Part shown: positions 52,159-64,000 of the stretch, piece by piece
Numbering within the stretch: position 1 is the stretch's first letter
How the letters are laid out: each line of letters opens with the position of its first letter
Source of the DNA: Vicugna vicugna
Lineage: Eukaryota
Direction: 5' to 3'
Assembly: GCA_013265495.1 (NCBI GenBank)
Contig: MU057658.1
Coordinates: forward strand, 10,949-74,948
Length of the DNA stretch: 64,000 bases
The notes under the pieces: generated by a model
The model's input: only the letters and a program-made list of their open reading frames with translations
Told to the model about the DNA's origin: nothing
Databases searched by the model: none
Position numbers and translations under genes: made by a program

Positions 52159-52767
52159 TGATACAGGAAAATGTGGGGGAGAGGATGGCCGTATCCCAGG
52201 TCTTATTTGGGCCCCTGAGATGCACCTCGCCAAGTGTGGGTCTTTGTGTTGCACAGGAAAGAATCCTAGAGAGCCACAGTTCAGTAAATGTAGATTAATT
52301 CAGAGAGATATATACTCCACAGACAGAGTGGGCTGTTTCAGAAGGCAAGAGAAAGGCCATGAGGCGTGGGGGTTGGGTGCTCCAGTTTAAAGTAAAAGTA
52401 GACACACACTCCACAGACAGAGTGTAGGCCGTTTCCCTCAGCAGAGAGAGTAGCCACGAGGTGGGGGGTTGTTAGTTTTTATGCACTCAGTATCTTCATA
52501 TGCTAATAAGTGGGAGGAATATTCCAACCGCTTTGGGGAAGGTGTTGGGATTCCCAGAAATTCGGGCAACACTCACCCTCTGACCTTTTATGGTCAGCCT
52601 TGAACCTGTCCTGGCAACTGTGGGCTTGCCATTTGGAATCCTGCTGTATTTCGGAGAGTGTGTATTGAAGCTCAAGATCTACTGGGAGTTGACTTTTCCA
52701 CCGTCTTGGTGTTAATGGCTGTGCTATCCTTTTAATGGCTGTGCCAGTCCCCCTTGACCCTGTCTCA
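52159..52767 (-). mobile_element. Solo ERV1-type LTR (~610 bp) inserted in an L2
   Basis: TG...CA termini (tgatacagg...cctgtctca) with near-TSD tgta/tgaa, an internal actccacagacagagtg repeat, and L2-like flanks. Confidence 0.65.
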
Positions 52768-54739
52768 TGAAGGAGCTATGAACTGATTGTGCAATTGCAG
52801 AGCAGGGGACAGAGTGGAAAGAACTTCATAAGTAGAAGGTAGGAGGCAGTGTTGGCAGTAGAATTCTCAAGTCAATTATAAAGTAAGGGTCTTCTGTTTG
52901 CTGGGGGTAAATGGTGTCACATTAGGGAGCTGTGAGCCTTGGGGACATCAGTGAGTGGGTGGCTCACTGTGTATACTGTGTTGCTCCTTAGGCGGCCTGA
53001 GGACAGTTGGCTTATAGGTGACCCATTCACTCAGGCAGGAGTCTCTTTGGGGATTTTCTGCACTTGAGGCTAACATGGGTCACATGGGGAACAGGACCGG
53101 CCAGTCACAGCTTGGTCCACAGTCACCTAGTTCCCTCACGGCTTTCATCCCATGGATGCGTCACCTCCCCATCGATGGGGACAAGGGCACAAGTGGTGGG
53201 GCAGCTTCTCAGTGGTGGAGGCATTGCTCTCCAGACCCAACACTCAACAGCATGGACCCCTGGTGTTGGCCACAGTCTTGGCTAGATGAGTCTGTTGGGT
53301 AGCTGAGCTCATGAGACGTGGGTGCCATGCTTCAATTCTCACCAAGAGCTCTACTTTGGAAGGTTCTGGTCAGACAGCCACAAATACTCCCTAGCCCATA
53401 AACAAAGAACAGTCCCTTTCACTCGGGGAAGGGCACACAGAAGGAGAACGGATCATCCCGAGAGCAGGAGAGGCCAAATCAGTCCTGCCATCAGGGGTCT
53501 GACAGACGAGCCAGCTCAGTTCCTCTTACTAGTTGTTTACTTGGAGGATCTGGGGTATTTGGGTGACCTGCAAGTGTCAGGAAATAGTACACGAGGGCTT
53601 TGTAGATTTTCTGGTCCGGTGTTAACTCACCCCATTGTAGCTATCATGCAAGGAAACAAAACTTGGTGTACAACAGGCCATGGCCTCTCCTCCCTGGTGG
53701 AGCCAGGAGATTACAATGTTAAGTACGACTGCGGGGGCATCATTTCTATGTTGAGAGTCCAGATGGCCTTACATATCTCTCATGCTGGATGTCTAAGTTG
53801 CAGAAGGAAACTAGATTCCATACAGCTCTCCAGCCAAGGAGGAGACCAGAAGTGGCCTCCCCCACCACCTGTGAGCTCTTTGCCTCCACTGACAGCAGCA
53901 TCTATAGCAAAAATCTGGGCTGCCACCTGCATTTCTGTGTAAATATTCGAGTAGCCACAGCAATGGCCATGTGAGGGATGGTGTGCCCAAGGAAGCGCTG
54001 TGTGGGAGGAGGGAGGAGTGCCGGGGTCAGACACCGGGCCGGCAGGCAGGCAGTGAGGACATCTTTGCAGTGCAGGCGCCATGGAACTGAGCCAAAGGGA
54101 GGCGAGTTTTGGAGCAGGGAACCTGGGCAGTGCCGTGTTGTTCGTAAGAAGATCCTGGGCTCCGGATCCACGAAGTCATTGGCTTGATTCCTGACCCCAA
54201 CCCTCATCTTGGGCAAATGTTTGAAACTTTCTGTGCCTCTGTTTCTTGGTGTCCCAAATGGGGACAATAGTAGCAATTACCTCTGAGAGTCAGGAGGGCC
54301 TTTATAGATGTCATTTCATTACGCTCACAGCAGCCCACGAGCACGGTGCTAGGTCCCCCATTTTACATGTGGCAGACGGGTAACGTTTTAATCAGTAATC
54401 ACGCAGCTAAGAATGGTCAGAACCACCATTTGAATATGATCCCTGTGTCCAGATAACTTCTATTCTCACTCAGTATTACTGGAAAACTAGTAAGGTCAGA
54501 ACAAACACTGCTGGGAAGTGGGTGCTTGAAACATGTTTGTCATCTTCGCCATTGGAGAGTGTTGAGTTCACGTTCCTCACAGCCCGTCCGAGGCCCCCTG
54601 CGTCTCCGGCTGCCCCTGGTGGGGTCTGCAGGGCTCTGGGCAGCTTCTCCTTGTTCTCTACCCCCAAGGCTCTCTGCTCTCTGCAGGTTGATTCTCAACC
54701 CTGACTGCTTAGTAGAGCTAATGTCTAAAAACAAAAAAT

Positions 54740-54870
54740 GGTGTGACGGGTACGACTCAGTGGTAGAGCACGTGCTTAGCATGCAAGAGGTCCTGGGTTC
54801 AATTCCCAGTACTTCCATTAAAATAAATAAAGCTAACTACCCCCCACAAAAAGGAAAGAAGTATTTAAAA
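54740..54870 (+). mobile_element. tRNA-derived SINE inserted in a MER5-like element
   Basis: gactcagtggtagagcacgtgcttagcatgcaagaggtcctgggttcaattcccagtac plus A-rich tail. Confidence 0.85.
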
Positions 54871-56255
54871 AACAATAAACAGTACAAAGGCCCCACTCCA
54901 GGCTGGGACACACTATGTTTTAAAGGCTCCAAGATGCTTCCCATGTGCAGAAGGGTGAGAGCTAGAGCTCTTGAGCTCTTCTCATGAGCTTGTCCACTCA
55001 CACACATTAGCCTCTTGAAACAGGAAAATTACTTGGCTCAGCCCAGAACTTTCTCCCGATTTCTAGACTTTTATTTGCCTACTAGACATCTCTCCTGGAG
55101 CCCACAGGCACCCAGCCAGAACTGAATCAGTTGTCTCCTCTCATGACTTGCCCCTCTTCCTGCCCTTCTTTTTTTTTTAACATTTTTTATTCATTTATAA
55201 TCATTTTACAAGGTTGTGTCAAATTCCAAGCCAGAAAGCTGGCCGGCATCTTTGACCTCTTCCTGCCCTTCCATCACACCTGTGGCCAATCCGTCCACCT
55301 GCTGAAATGTTTTCTTCTCTCTCCTCCTGGCGGGGTTCAAGCAGGCCTTCACATGAACCTGCCAATAAGTCTCCCTGCCTCTATCTTGTCTCTTTCTAGA
55401 TCACTTTGCATGTCACCTCTACGTTGGAGGCACACAGAGTCCTTTGTGATGTGCACCTGTGACCTCTCCACCTGGTTGCCTCACCTGCCTCCCACACCCT
55501 GTGCTCACTTCTAGATTATTTGCAGTTCCTGGAAGTGACCTGGCTCTCTTTGGCCTCCCTCCTTTGCATGTGCAGCTCCCCAGGGAGAAATGGCCTTAAC
55601 ATTATACCTTCCCCTGATCACTTCTAGGGCATCTCAGAACTCACCACAGTGGTTCCCTCCTCTGGGAGAGCCTTGGCTACAGTTCCAGCTCTCTGCCCCG
55701 AGCACCCTCTGCTGACTGTTATCCAAGCCCTCTTAACACGCTTCCTCAGCCATCATTCCACGATGACTCCTGTGCACCTAGGAGCTCCCGGAAGCAGGGA
55801 CTGTGTCTTTTTTCTCTTTATTCTCAGAGCATGGTAGAGACTCAGGTATAATGGTGGAGGGAACAGTGGTTATTCTGATATTTCTCTGGAGTTGGGGCCT
55901 AGGGGTAACAGTGTGGTTGGAAGAAGGGCTTAGGGGATTTACCCTGAAGCCACATTTTCAATTAACATTTCATGTTTTTGTCTAAAATTTGAAGTTATGA
56001 GTCTTAAAACAGAATGGCGATTTCTAAAAATTAGTTTACCAAATATTGAGGAAAATGGCAGTTTTCCATATTTAAGAATATTATTTTAATTTTGTGTGAC
56101 TGGGGTGGTGGAAAATAGAAATGCAGTGGTTACTAAAGCATTCTAATCCCCTTCCCCACCCTCAGGTCCTTTGGACAGAAGAGACAGAGGGATGTGATGA
56201 GAAGGCTTGGAGGGTGGACCGTGCAGTGCTTTTAAATTGTGACAGTTACTTCTGC

Positions 56256-56359
56256 TTTTTTAACTTTCTTTTTTAATGGAGGTAATGGGGCTTGAACCCA
56301 GGACCTTGTACATGCTTAGCGTGTGCTCTAGCACTGAGCTATACCCACCCTTCCCCCCG
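56256..56359 (-). mobile_element. tRNA-derived SINE
   Basis: atggaggtaatggggcttgaacccaggacc...gcactgagctatacccaccc. Confidence 0.85.
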
Positions 56360-56685
56360 ATATTTGTGTTCTTAGTGGGCATAATGTGCTGGTAGCAGGT
56401 TCTTTAGCATCAGACACAGTCACCTGCCTCTGACCATCACGTTAATACCTTTCCCCTGAGCTAGAGAGCTAGTCTGTTTCCAAAAGTTCAATAAATTATC
56501 TACATTTTCTTTTTTCTTAAAAAAAGGCATTAACTCATGTTTCTCTTTAGTATCGCCTATAAATAAAATGTGATTTTATTAACCATTTAGTGTTAAGTGT
56601 TAAGGGTAATAAATATTAAGTACAGATTTCTGAAGCATCAGTCATCACTGAAGATGCACATTCTGCTGTTCTCTCTCTCTGTTAG

Positions 56686-56822
56686 TCACCTTACTTCTGG
56701 AGTTCTGGAAGCGGTGCCAGGCAGAACTTGAGTACAGATGGGACACGGTTGAGCAGGAAGAACAAGTCCGGCCAGAATAGGAGGCGCGGTGTCCCCACGT
56801 GGAGATAGATGAGATTACCCAG
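56686..56822 (+). pseudogene. ANO6: ANO6 pseudo-exon 11 (TAG at 56778-56780, 6-bp deletion, donor GT>GA)
   Basis: gttag|[44 protein letters not shown]|gaaaag. Confidence 0.93.
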
Positions 56823-56869
56823 GAAAAGCGGGCGCTGTTTAGATGCACTTTAGTCTGTTTACTTCTGGA

Positions 56870-57050
56870 CTTGTCAGCCTTGGCTGCATGTTGGAATCAC
56901 CAGGGGAACTTAAAAAATGTTGGTGCCTGGATTCCATCACTGCAAACTCTGATGGTACTTAGTGGCCTGGGGTGCATTCTGGCATAGGGAAGTTTATAAA
57001 GCTCCTCTAGTTATTCTAATGTACAGCCAAGGTGAAGCAGCACTGCCTGG
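56870..57050. mobile_element. MER5A-like hAT MITE
   Basis: ttggctgcatgttggaatcaccagggg...gttattctaatgtacagccaaggtgaag. Confidence 0.65.
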
Positions 57051-59076
57051 AATGTTGGACACAGAAGAGAATTGTGGTCCTTCCTTCATAATAACAGTAA
57101 AAAGGGGGAAAAGAAAAAGACTGGTATAAGTGTATAAGAGGCATTGATTTGTATCCTTTCATAACACCAATAAATAAATGCAAAATATAAATTAGCCGCT
57201 ATGACATGAATGTAGAAGGAAAGACACTTTGTTTTTTATAGTTGACTCCCATTTTTTCACATGCGGCCTCGTTTTCATCGTAGATTAATTGCCCCTTTGT
57301 CTTGAACTAAGTCCCGGTCACTGCTCCCCCTTCCTGTTGGGATGTGCACAAAGAAGCATGGCTCTCATCCTAAAGTCAGAGAAAGGGTAGAAGAAGCAGG
57401 GAAACATTTGTTGAGGTGCCGTCAGTGTTTGAGCAGTGTTTGAGCTAGTCATTTTTCATAATTGGAAATGTAAATTTATTGCTGCCACTCCTGCTGCAAA
57501 ATTAAAAAAATAAAACTACCTATCTTTGTATCAACATCCCAGAGGTATGAAAAGATGATTTTTTGAGTCATCTGTAATATTGCTTCTTTCCATCAGCTGA
57601 GATAATTTAGAGCTGATGGTACTTGCCGTCAGCAGCAGCAGGACAGTAGGTTGTGAGCATGAATAACTCTTGGAAAGAAAATGGTTTTATTAGGAACATC
57701 TGAAAATGTCTCCAATTATAGATTTAATAAATTGAATCACACATCTACAGAATGTTGGCACTGAAAATGTATGGAGGGAGAAGGTCAAACTCCTCTTATT
57801 ATAAATGGAAATAAATGAGGTTCAGCTACTTATAGAAAGTGACATTTGTCTTTTACAATGTAATAAGCTTCCAATAATCCCCATTATGAATATTTCCCAT
57901 TGTTTATAACTGAAGATGGGGGTAAAAGCATATGTTGGTGAAAGACTGTACATTCAGAGATGAAAGCTAAAACGTAGGCAAAATTAGATGTTCATAATGC
58001 TTTTGAGTCCTGAAAAAAAACTTATCATATTGGCAGTATACAAAAAATACTGAAGAAAAGATTTTTGGTCATTTAAAGTGCCAAGTTTAAATTTAAAATT
58101 GCCAGCTAATAAGTTTAAATTTTCATTGGAAATGCTTGTTGAAAAATTGAAGATGAAGACTCATTTCACTTGATCGTTTTTCCTTATTTAAAAAATTGCC
58201 TAATGTTTTTTTTTTAGTTTTTTAATTGAAGCATTTTACTTTACTTGCGAAATTATGCTCCATTGTTTAGAGAGGCCAGCGTTGTGGTAGTGAGAGCTTG
58301 GGAATGAAATTGCCTAAATTCATATTTGAACACAGCAGCTTGCTTCCTGAGTGATCTTGGACAACTTAACTTCTCTGTGCCATAGTTTCCTATAAAATAA
58401 GGATAAGAGAGTTGCTTCTTCATGACTGTGGTAAGGACGGGTTGAAGTAATGTACAGAATTTACCTGGAAGATTTCCTGGCACAGAGGAAGGGCCATGTA
58501 CTTAGTTACAGCTATTTTCATACTATATCTGGTTTTATAATCCAGATAAATCTTGAGTCTTACTGATTTCATCTCTTAAAAGAATTCTAAATATAAACTC
58601 TAAAATGGAAACTAAAACTTCATAGTTGTAGCTAATTAACACATAAAGCTCAACGAAGAAACACACAGTGGAGACCAGATAGCTGCAGACCCCTGTGATA
58701 CTTTCTGTCCTGCACAGACTCTTGGCTGTCACTTCCGTCACTTCTGTAATCATAGGTAAGCTAAGGAATAGAGCTTTAAAGCTTGGCCTCGTCAGGTGCT
58801 CAGACAATGGCAGGGAAACAGTTTATTGTTCACATGTGCATTTTCAAAAAATAGTATTAAAATGAAAACTGTACACATTTTGTTGTGTGTTTGACATCGT
58901 TAACAGAAAATAAAAGAAAAAAAAAAGGAAAAAAACCCATGCATTTAAAAATAAAGAGGCTATGGCTGAAAATTAGTATTTTTTTTAAATTATGTTTAGG
59001 ATTTAGTGACCAGTTAGGAGAAAAATCATTTCATTGGTGTAATCCCTTGATTGACTAAACTTGTTTTTTTAATTAG

Positions 59077-59152
59077 GAAGCAGAGCGTGTTCCGTTTACC
59101 ACCTGGGGAAAGTTTATACATATAACCCTTTGTGCAAGTGCACTTTTTCTGG
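59077..59152 (+). pseudogene. ANO6: ANO6 pseudo-exon 12 (76 bp, 2-bp deletion)
   Basis: attag|EAERVPFTTWGKFIHITLCASA/FFW|gtaaga; recalled ANO6 is EEERIPFTAWGKCIRITLCASAVFFW. Confidence 0.9.
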
Positions 59153-60739
59153 GTAAGAACCTGCCACAGACTTTTAAAATCTAATGTGAAATGCTGAATA
59201 AACTGAAAGTCAAGCTGGGAACTATGTAGTCTCATAGAGAAAACTTTTTCCAGAGAACATCTGAACCAATGCAGGGCGCCACTTGGAGGTTCCATAGATT
59301 CTTCTGCTCACAGCGCTTCCCCCAATTCTTTTCACCTCATGTGTTCAAATCAGATCAGTGTTTTAGGATTCTCCAGGGTCTGATTAAGAGACCAGATGGA
59401 GGCACTAAGATTTCTAAAATTTTCCAAGAGTAACAACCAAGGTAAAATATCTAAGAATAGCCTAACAAAAGGATAGTAGGAACTGTCAAAAAATAAAAGT
59501 AAAAACTACTGAAAGATAAGAAAGATGATTTAATCACACGATTCTAAAAGATCATATCTCCAAAATATCAGAAGTTATAAAATTCATTTGGGGTTTATTG
59601 TGAAAAAAATCATATTAGTAATATAATAATTAAAAAGATAATGAGAGTTTTACTAGTTCAAGAATAGCCAGGTTAGAAAATAGGGCAGGAAGTCCAGATA
59701 TGGACTCTGATATCAATAATAATTTAATATAAGAGATGGAAGGCACTACAAATCAGGGAGATAAATAAAGGTTATTCAGCGAATGGAACACTTGTTAGCT
59801 ACTTGGGGGGAAAAGAAAAGATTGAAATCATATAGTGAAACATATATTGTGATAAATTCCAGAAACATTTAAAAAGTAACACAATTAGAAAAAAACTAGA
59901 AATAAATATGGATGAGTATACAACCTCTAGATGAACAGTAAGTTTCAGAGGAAAGTATACAAAGATTTCCATGCATCAGAAGCATCCTAATTTAAAAAAA
60001 AACACCAGAGGATGTTGTTTGTTAACAAATCCAACAAGGGGCTAATTCCTTCAATATATAGAGAGTTCAGATCACTTCCAAGATAACATCAAAAAATCTC
60101 AGGAGCGTAGAAGGCAGAGAAGATGAACACACATTCACAAAGGAAAAAATAGATGTCACACTCCGATGGTAATTCTCTCAGTGCACATCAAAATGAAATA
60201 GTTTTCCACCTCTCAAGTGACACAGCTCTGTTTATGAGGATGAAATGCCAGTGATCACCAATCCCATGCCTAGGTTACTGGATATTTTTTGTGAAGTATG
60301 GTTGATTTACAATGCTGTGTTAATTTCTGGTGTACTCCTCAATCCTTCTTAGAAAGCAGTCTGGCAGTTGATATAAAGAGTCAAAAATATTCATATGCTT
60401 TAATCCACAAATTCTACTTTGAAAAACTTTTAATCAGGAATTATTTCAAAATGGCAGGAAAAGTCAGTATGGATGCAAGTCACAGACATAATTTTATATG
60501 TATATATATAAAATTTCAGCCAAAGTATTCTTCCAACCCTTCACAAAGTAGAATAATATGCAGCCATGAAAAAGTGTGTCCATGAAAATATTTTATGACA
60601 TGTCAAAGTGTTATGCTTAAGATAGGCTTGAGAATAAAATTAATATATAAAATGATTTGCAATATACAATGTACCCTTCTGAAGGAATTATGTCTATAGG
60701 TAGAAGAATTTTTCTTATTTTATTTTTTATTGATTTTCA

Positions 60740-61320
60740 GGGTTGGAGTCTTTTGATTTTAGGTGACAAAATCAATCTCCAATGTGTTTAAACAACAACC
60801 ATAAAATGGGGATGCATGGGATTTATTGGTTCTTGTAAATGAAAACCTCAGGTCTGAGGTCTGGCTTCAGTCAAGGAGAGATACTGTAGCCCAGATGATG
60901 TCAAGGGCTGCTTTTGTCCTGTCTTCATTCTGTGTCCAAAGATGTCTTAGCATACTGCTTCTAGGCATTCAGCATCCCAGATCATCCATCCAAACCAAGA
61001 GAGGTCTCTATTGGCAGCTTCCTCTCTTGATAGAAGAAGCTTATGATTCACATGGGAACCAGCACGTATCTCTTCACGTAATAGTGGCTCTTCTTGGGTT
61101 ATTTGCCAATTCTCCAATCATGTGTGAGGCCAATAAAATGAGGTATTATTATTTGTCTTAAACCAACTGAGATCTTCCTCTGGTGCTTCAGAAAGAGTGG
61201 GTCAATCAAGCTTAAATCACAGGACTAAAAACAAAAGGTAGGTTATTTATCTTAAAGCAAATTCTGGGTCCTCTTCTAAGTCTGGGGACAGATCCAGGAC
61301 AGCAGTTCTGTCCACTACTG
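60740..61320. mobile_element. MaLR LTR (MLT1-like) inside an old L1ME remnant (~59400-61390)
   Basis: gggatttattggttcttgtaaatgaaaa...ggtctggcttcag; ends tgtccactac. Confidence 0.45.
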
Positions 61321-63363
61321 AGTACGTTCAAATTTTCTTTAATGAGCAAATGTTAAATTTATGATCAGAAAAGATGATAAATAAGAAGGAACTTGAGGAA
61401 GGAGAATGGAAAACTTTCCTGTTTCTTAATAAATATTGAACCCATTAAGTGCTTAGAAGAAAAATGGAAATGTGTCAAGTTTGTAAACGTTCTGAAATGA
61501 ATTAGAATTGATTTCACAGACCATGTAGGAGACAGTGCTATACAGTTAGTGTGTCTTTGGGCTCTTTGAGTATTTCAGTACTTTCACTTAATAGTTGCTT
61601 CATTTGGGGCAAATTGCATCATCTCCACATGGCTCTATTTCCTCATCTGTAAAAGAGATATAATATTACCTTCCCCACAGGGTGATTGTGAGGATTTTGA
61701 AAAATAGATGTGTGCTGAAGCAATAGTAAGCATTTAAGGATTCTTAACTCTTATGATTACTTAATACATAATTAAAAAATTATTATGCAGTCTTTTTAAA
61801 AATGCATACTATTTAAATGGCCTATATGTGCTGTACAAGAGAGGAAGGCTTAATATACCTTTTATAAAATACATTTTTCCTTAACTAATTTTCACTTTTA
61901 ATCACACACACACCAAGAAGTTATTCCTTTCACAAGCATGAAGCCTTAATTGTGAAGAAAAGGATGATGAAAGAGAGTAGAGGAGGAAATAAAATGTTTT
62001 CTCTACAAACTGACGGCTTAAAAACTAAGAGAAACAACTTTTTAAGACTTTGGTCACCACATTCATAGCTAATACTTAGGTAGAGTTTTTCACATGCCTG
62101 TGGTTAATGTTCCAATTGTTTTCACAAACAGTAAATCATTGTCTCATCACAATAGTCCTATAAATTGCTATTATTATCCCCCCAATATATGGGTGAGGAG
62201 ATGGAAGCCCCTAGAGGTTAAGAAATTTGCACAAGGCCCCACAGCTAGCATCTGAGCTGGGATCAAGATGCAGGAGTGTGGCTCCAGGAGGGGCTTGTAA
62301 ACACTCCCACTGCTCTCCCCTGCAGGTGCAAGCCAGCCGCCCGCTGTTACTGTAAATAACATGATGTGGTTCACTTGGTCCTGAAATTCACATTCTTTGT
62401 AGCTTTCTCTCTGGGGCAGCCATCAGGAGCAGCCAGGGACACTGAGTATATGCTTCTGGACTATGAACAAGAAGGTAGATGGAAGGAAAACAGTTTAAAA
62501 ATGGGAGCTTTAATGTGCATTTTTCAGTGGCCAGAAAAAAACTGCCTAGTGAGGAACTGAAACAATATCAGCCACGTGCAAATTATGCTTCAGACACCCC
62601 CGCTGCCCTTGGGTCCACACAGTCAGAACTACAGTGGATCAGGGACATGAATCTTGTGCAAATGCAGGGAGTATGAATACCTGCCATTTTAAGATCTCAA
62701 GGAGTATGAAAAGCATGTGAAGCTTCCATCAGCAGAGACCTGCTGTCACTTCCACTATTTCCCTCAGAGCATGTCCACAGCCTCACTGGTCCTATTCAGA
62801 ATGAAGACGACAGCTAGCACTTGCTGACCCCTGAATCAGTGATAGGTTCTCCCTTGAAAGGAAGCGTATCCCCTTCATTGGTTACAACTAGTTCATAACC
62901 TAAGTAATTCTATAGATGTAGAAGGGATATTTTCATTAGTTCTTCTATCAAAGACTTGTCTCCAAAAGAACATGCCACCAGTTACTCCATTTTTACCCAT
63001 TTAAAGATATATTTAACAGGCTTCCTTCTTTAGTACAGTTTTAGGTTTACAGAAAAATTCACAGAAAGTGGAGTTCCCATATATTCCCTATGCCCTGCAC
63101 ACAGCTGCTCCTGCTGTCAGCATGTTACATTAGTGGATGCACTCATTCTTTTTGACATCTTTCATTCCTCCTCCCCTAAAGTTTAACATGCCTGGTATTC
63201 ACATCTCTTGTGGCATTTATGTGTGATTTACATCACTTCTCACGTTTATGTGAGTTTTACAGCACATGCATGTTGTCTGTGTAATCGTGGATAGGGGGCA
63301 AGTTTTCTGTGTAAAACTACGATCATTAGTCAGTCTCATGCTGCTGGGTTTTTGGGTTGTCAG

Positions 63364-63590
63364 GTCCTGATGATCATTGCTTCAGTTATTGGGATCACTG
63401 TCTACGGACTTTCAGTGTTCATTGTATTTTCTGCAAAACTTCCCAAGAACCTGAATGGAAGAGACCCAATCCAGAAGTACCTGACTGTGCAGGTGGGCCA
63501 CGCCCATCACTGCTTCCCTCATCAGTTTTATCATCATCGTGACCCTGAACGCCATATATGAGAAAGTGGCAATCATGATGACTGACTCTG
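63364..63590 (+). pseudogene. ANO6: ANO6 pseudo-exon 13 (227 bp, 1-bp insertion at ~63496)
   Basis: gtcag|VLMIIASVIGITVYGLSVFIVFSAKLPKNLNGRDPIQKYLTVQV/ATPITASLISFIIIVTLNAIYEKVAIMMTDS|gtaagc. Confidence 0.94.
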
Positions 63591-64000
63591 GTAAGCTCCT
63601 CCTGCAGCTGAGGTCATTTCTACACCAGTTTTAGAACCAAGTCACAACAGAGACTATCTTTTAGGCACTTCAATTCCAGTACATTACAGTCTTTAGAAAA
63701 CTTCAAGTGGAAACTTGTTTTCTCTAGCCTATTGGAGAAGTGGATTAGCTCCAGCTTTGCATTAGTAAAAGGGACAAAGGAAGCATTACAATGACCAAAC
63801 TTTGTGTAAATAGTTCAGCGCTTAATAATAATTTCAATTACATTAGATCATGTAGCCTATAGTTGAAAGTAAATAGTCTCTGTATTGCAAATAAGTGGAA
63901 GAGGGTTGTGGTTCCAGAGGCAGATTTTCTTGTGCATTATGGAGAGGACAAGTAATCACAGTTTTATGTGTCTTCCCCCCATGCTGTTCCTGTTAGTGTA

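Larger units (their letters stand above)
28296..63590 (+). pseudogene. ANO6: Unprocessed (intron-containing) partial ANO6/TMEM16F pseudogene, exons 4-8 and 11-13; may continue past the window end
   Basis: Eight AG/GT-bounded segments, collinear with the ANO6 protein as I recall it (VLDDKLVFxKVHxxWEVLCTYAEI, FAWLGYYTQMLLLAAVVG, LEFWKRxQAELEY, VFIVFSAKLPKNxNGxDPIQKYLT). Every exon carries a frameshift or stop. Confidence 0.93.

Noticed and set aside
53322..53942. 206-aa + strand ORF
   Set aside because: No recognisable homology, non-ATG start, and it lies in ANO6 intron-like sequence.

Overview
Mammalian genomic scaffold with 7 N-gaps, most likely a camelid (inferred from repeated tRNA-derived SINEs of the Vic-1 type plus lineage-specific L1). 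I found no intact protein-coding gene. The window is a mosaic of three blocks. (A) ~1-18 kb: GC-richer block with a ~1 kb direct duplication, an inverted LTR pair, a CpG island, a six-unit ~158-bp array in mixed orientation, and weak signs of a decayed, unidentified minus-strand gene. (B) ~19-26.7 kb: AT-rich intron-like DNA containing one KLHL2 exon-2 copy with a dead splice acceptor. (C) ~27.6-64 kb: an unprocessed ANO6 (TMEM16F) pseudogene. Eight exons (4-8 and 11-13, human numbering from memory) lie in order on the + strand, each with a frameshift and/or stop. Exons 9-10 were not found and appear deleted at an L1 junction. The KLHL2/ANO6 join falls in or near assembly gaps, so a scaffolding artefact is not excluded. 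Gene and repeat identities come from recalled sequences, not database searches.
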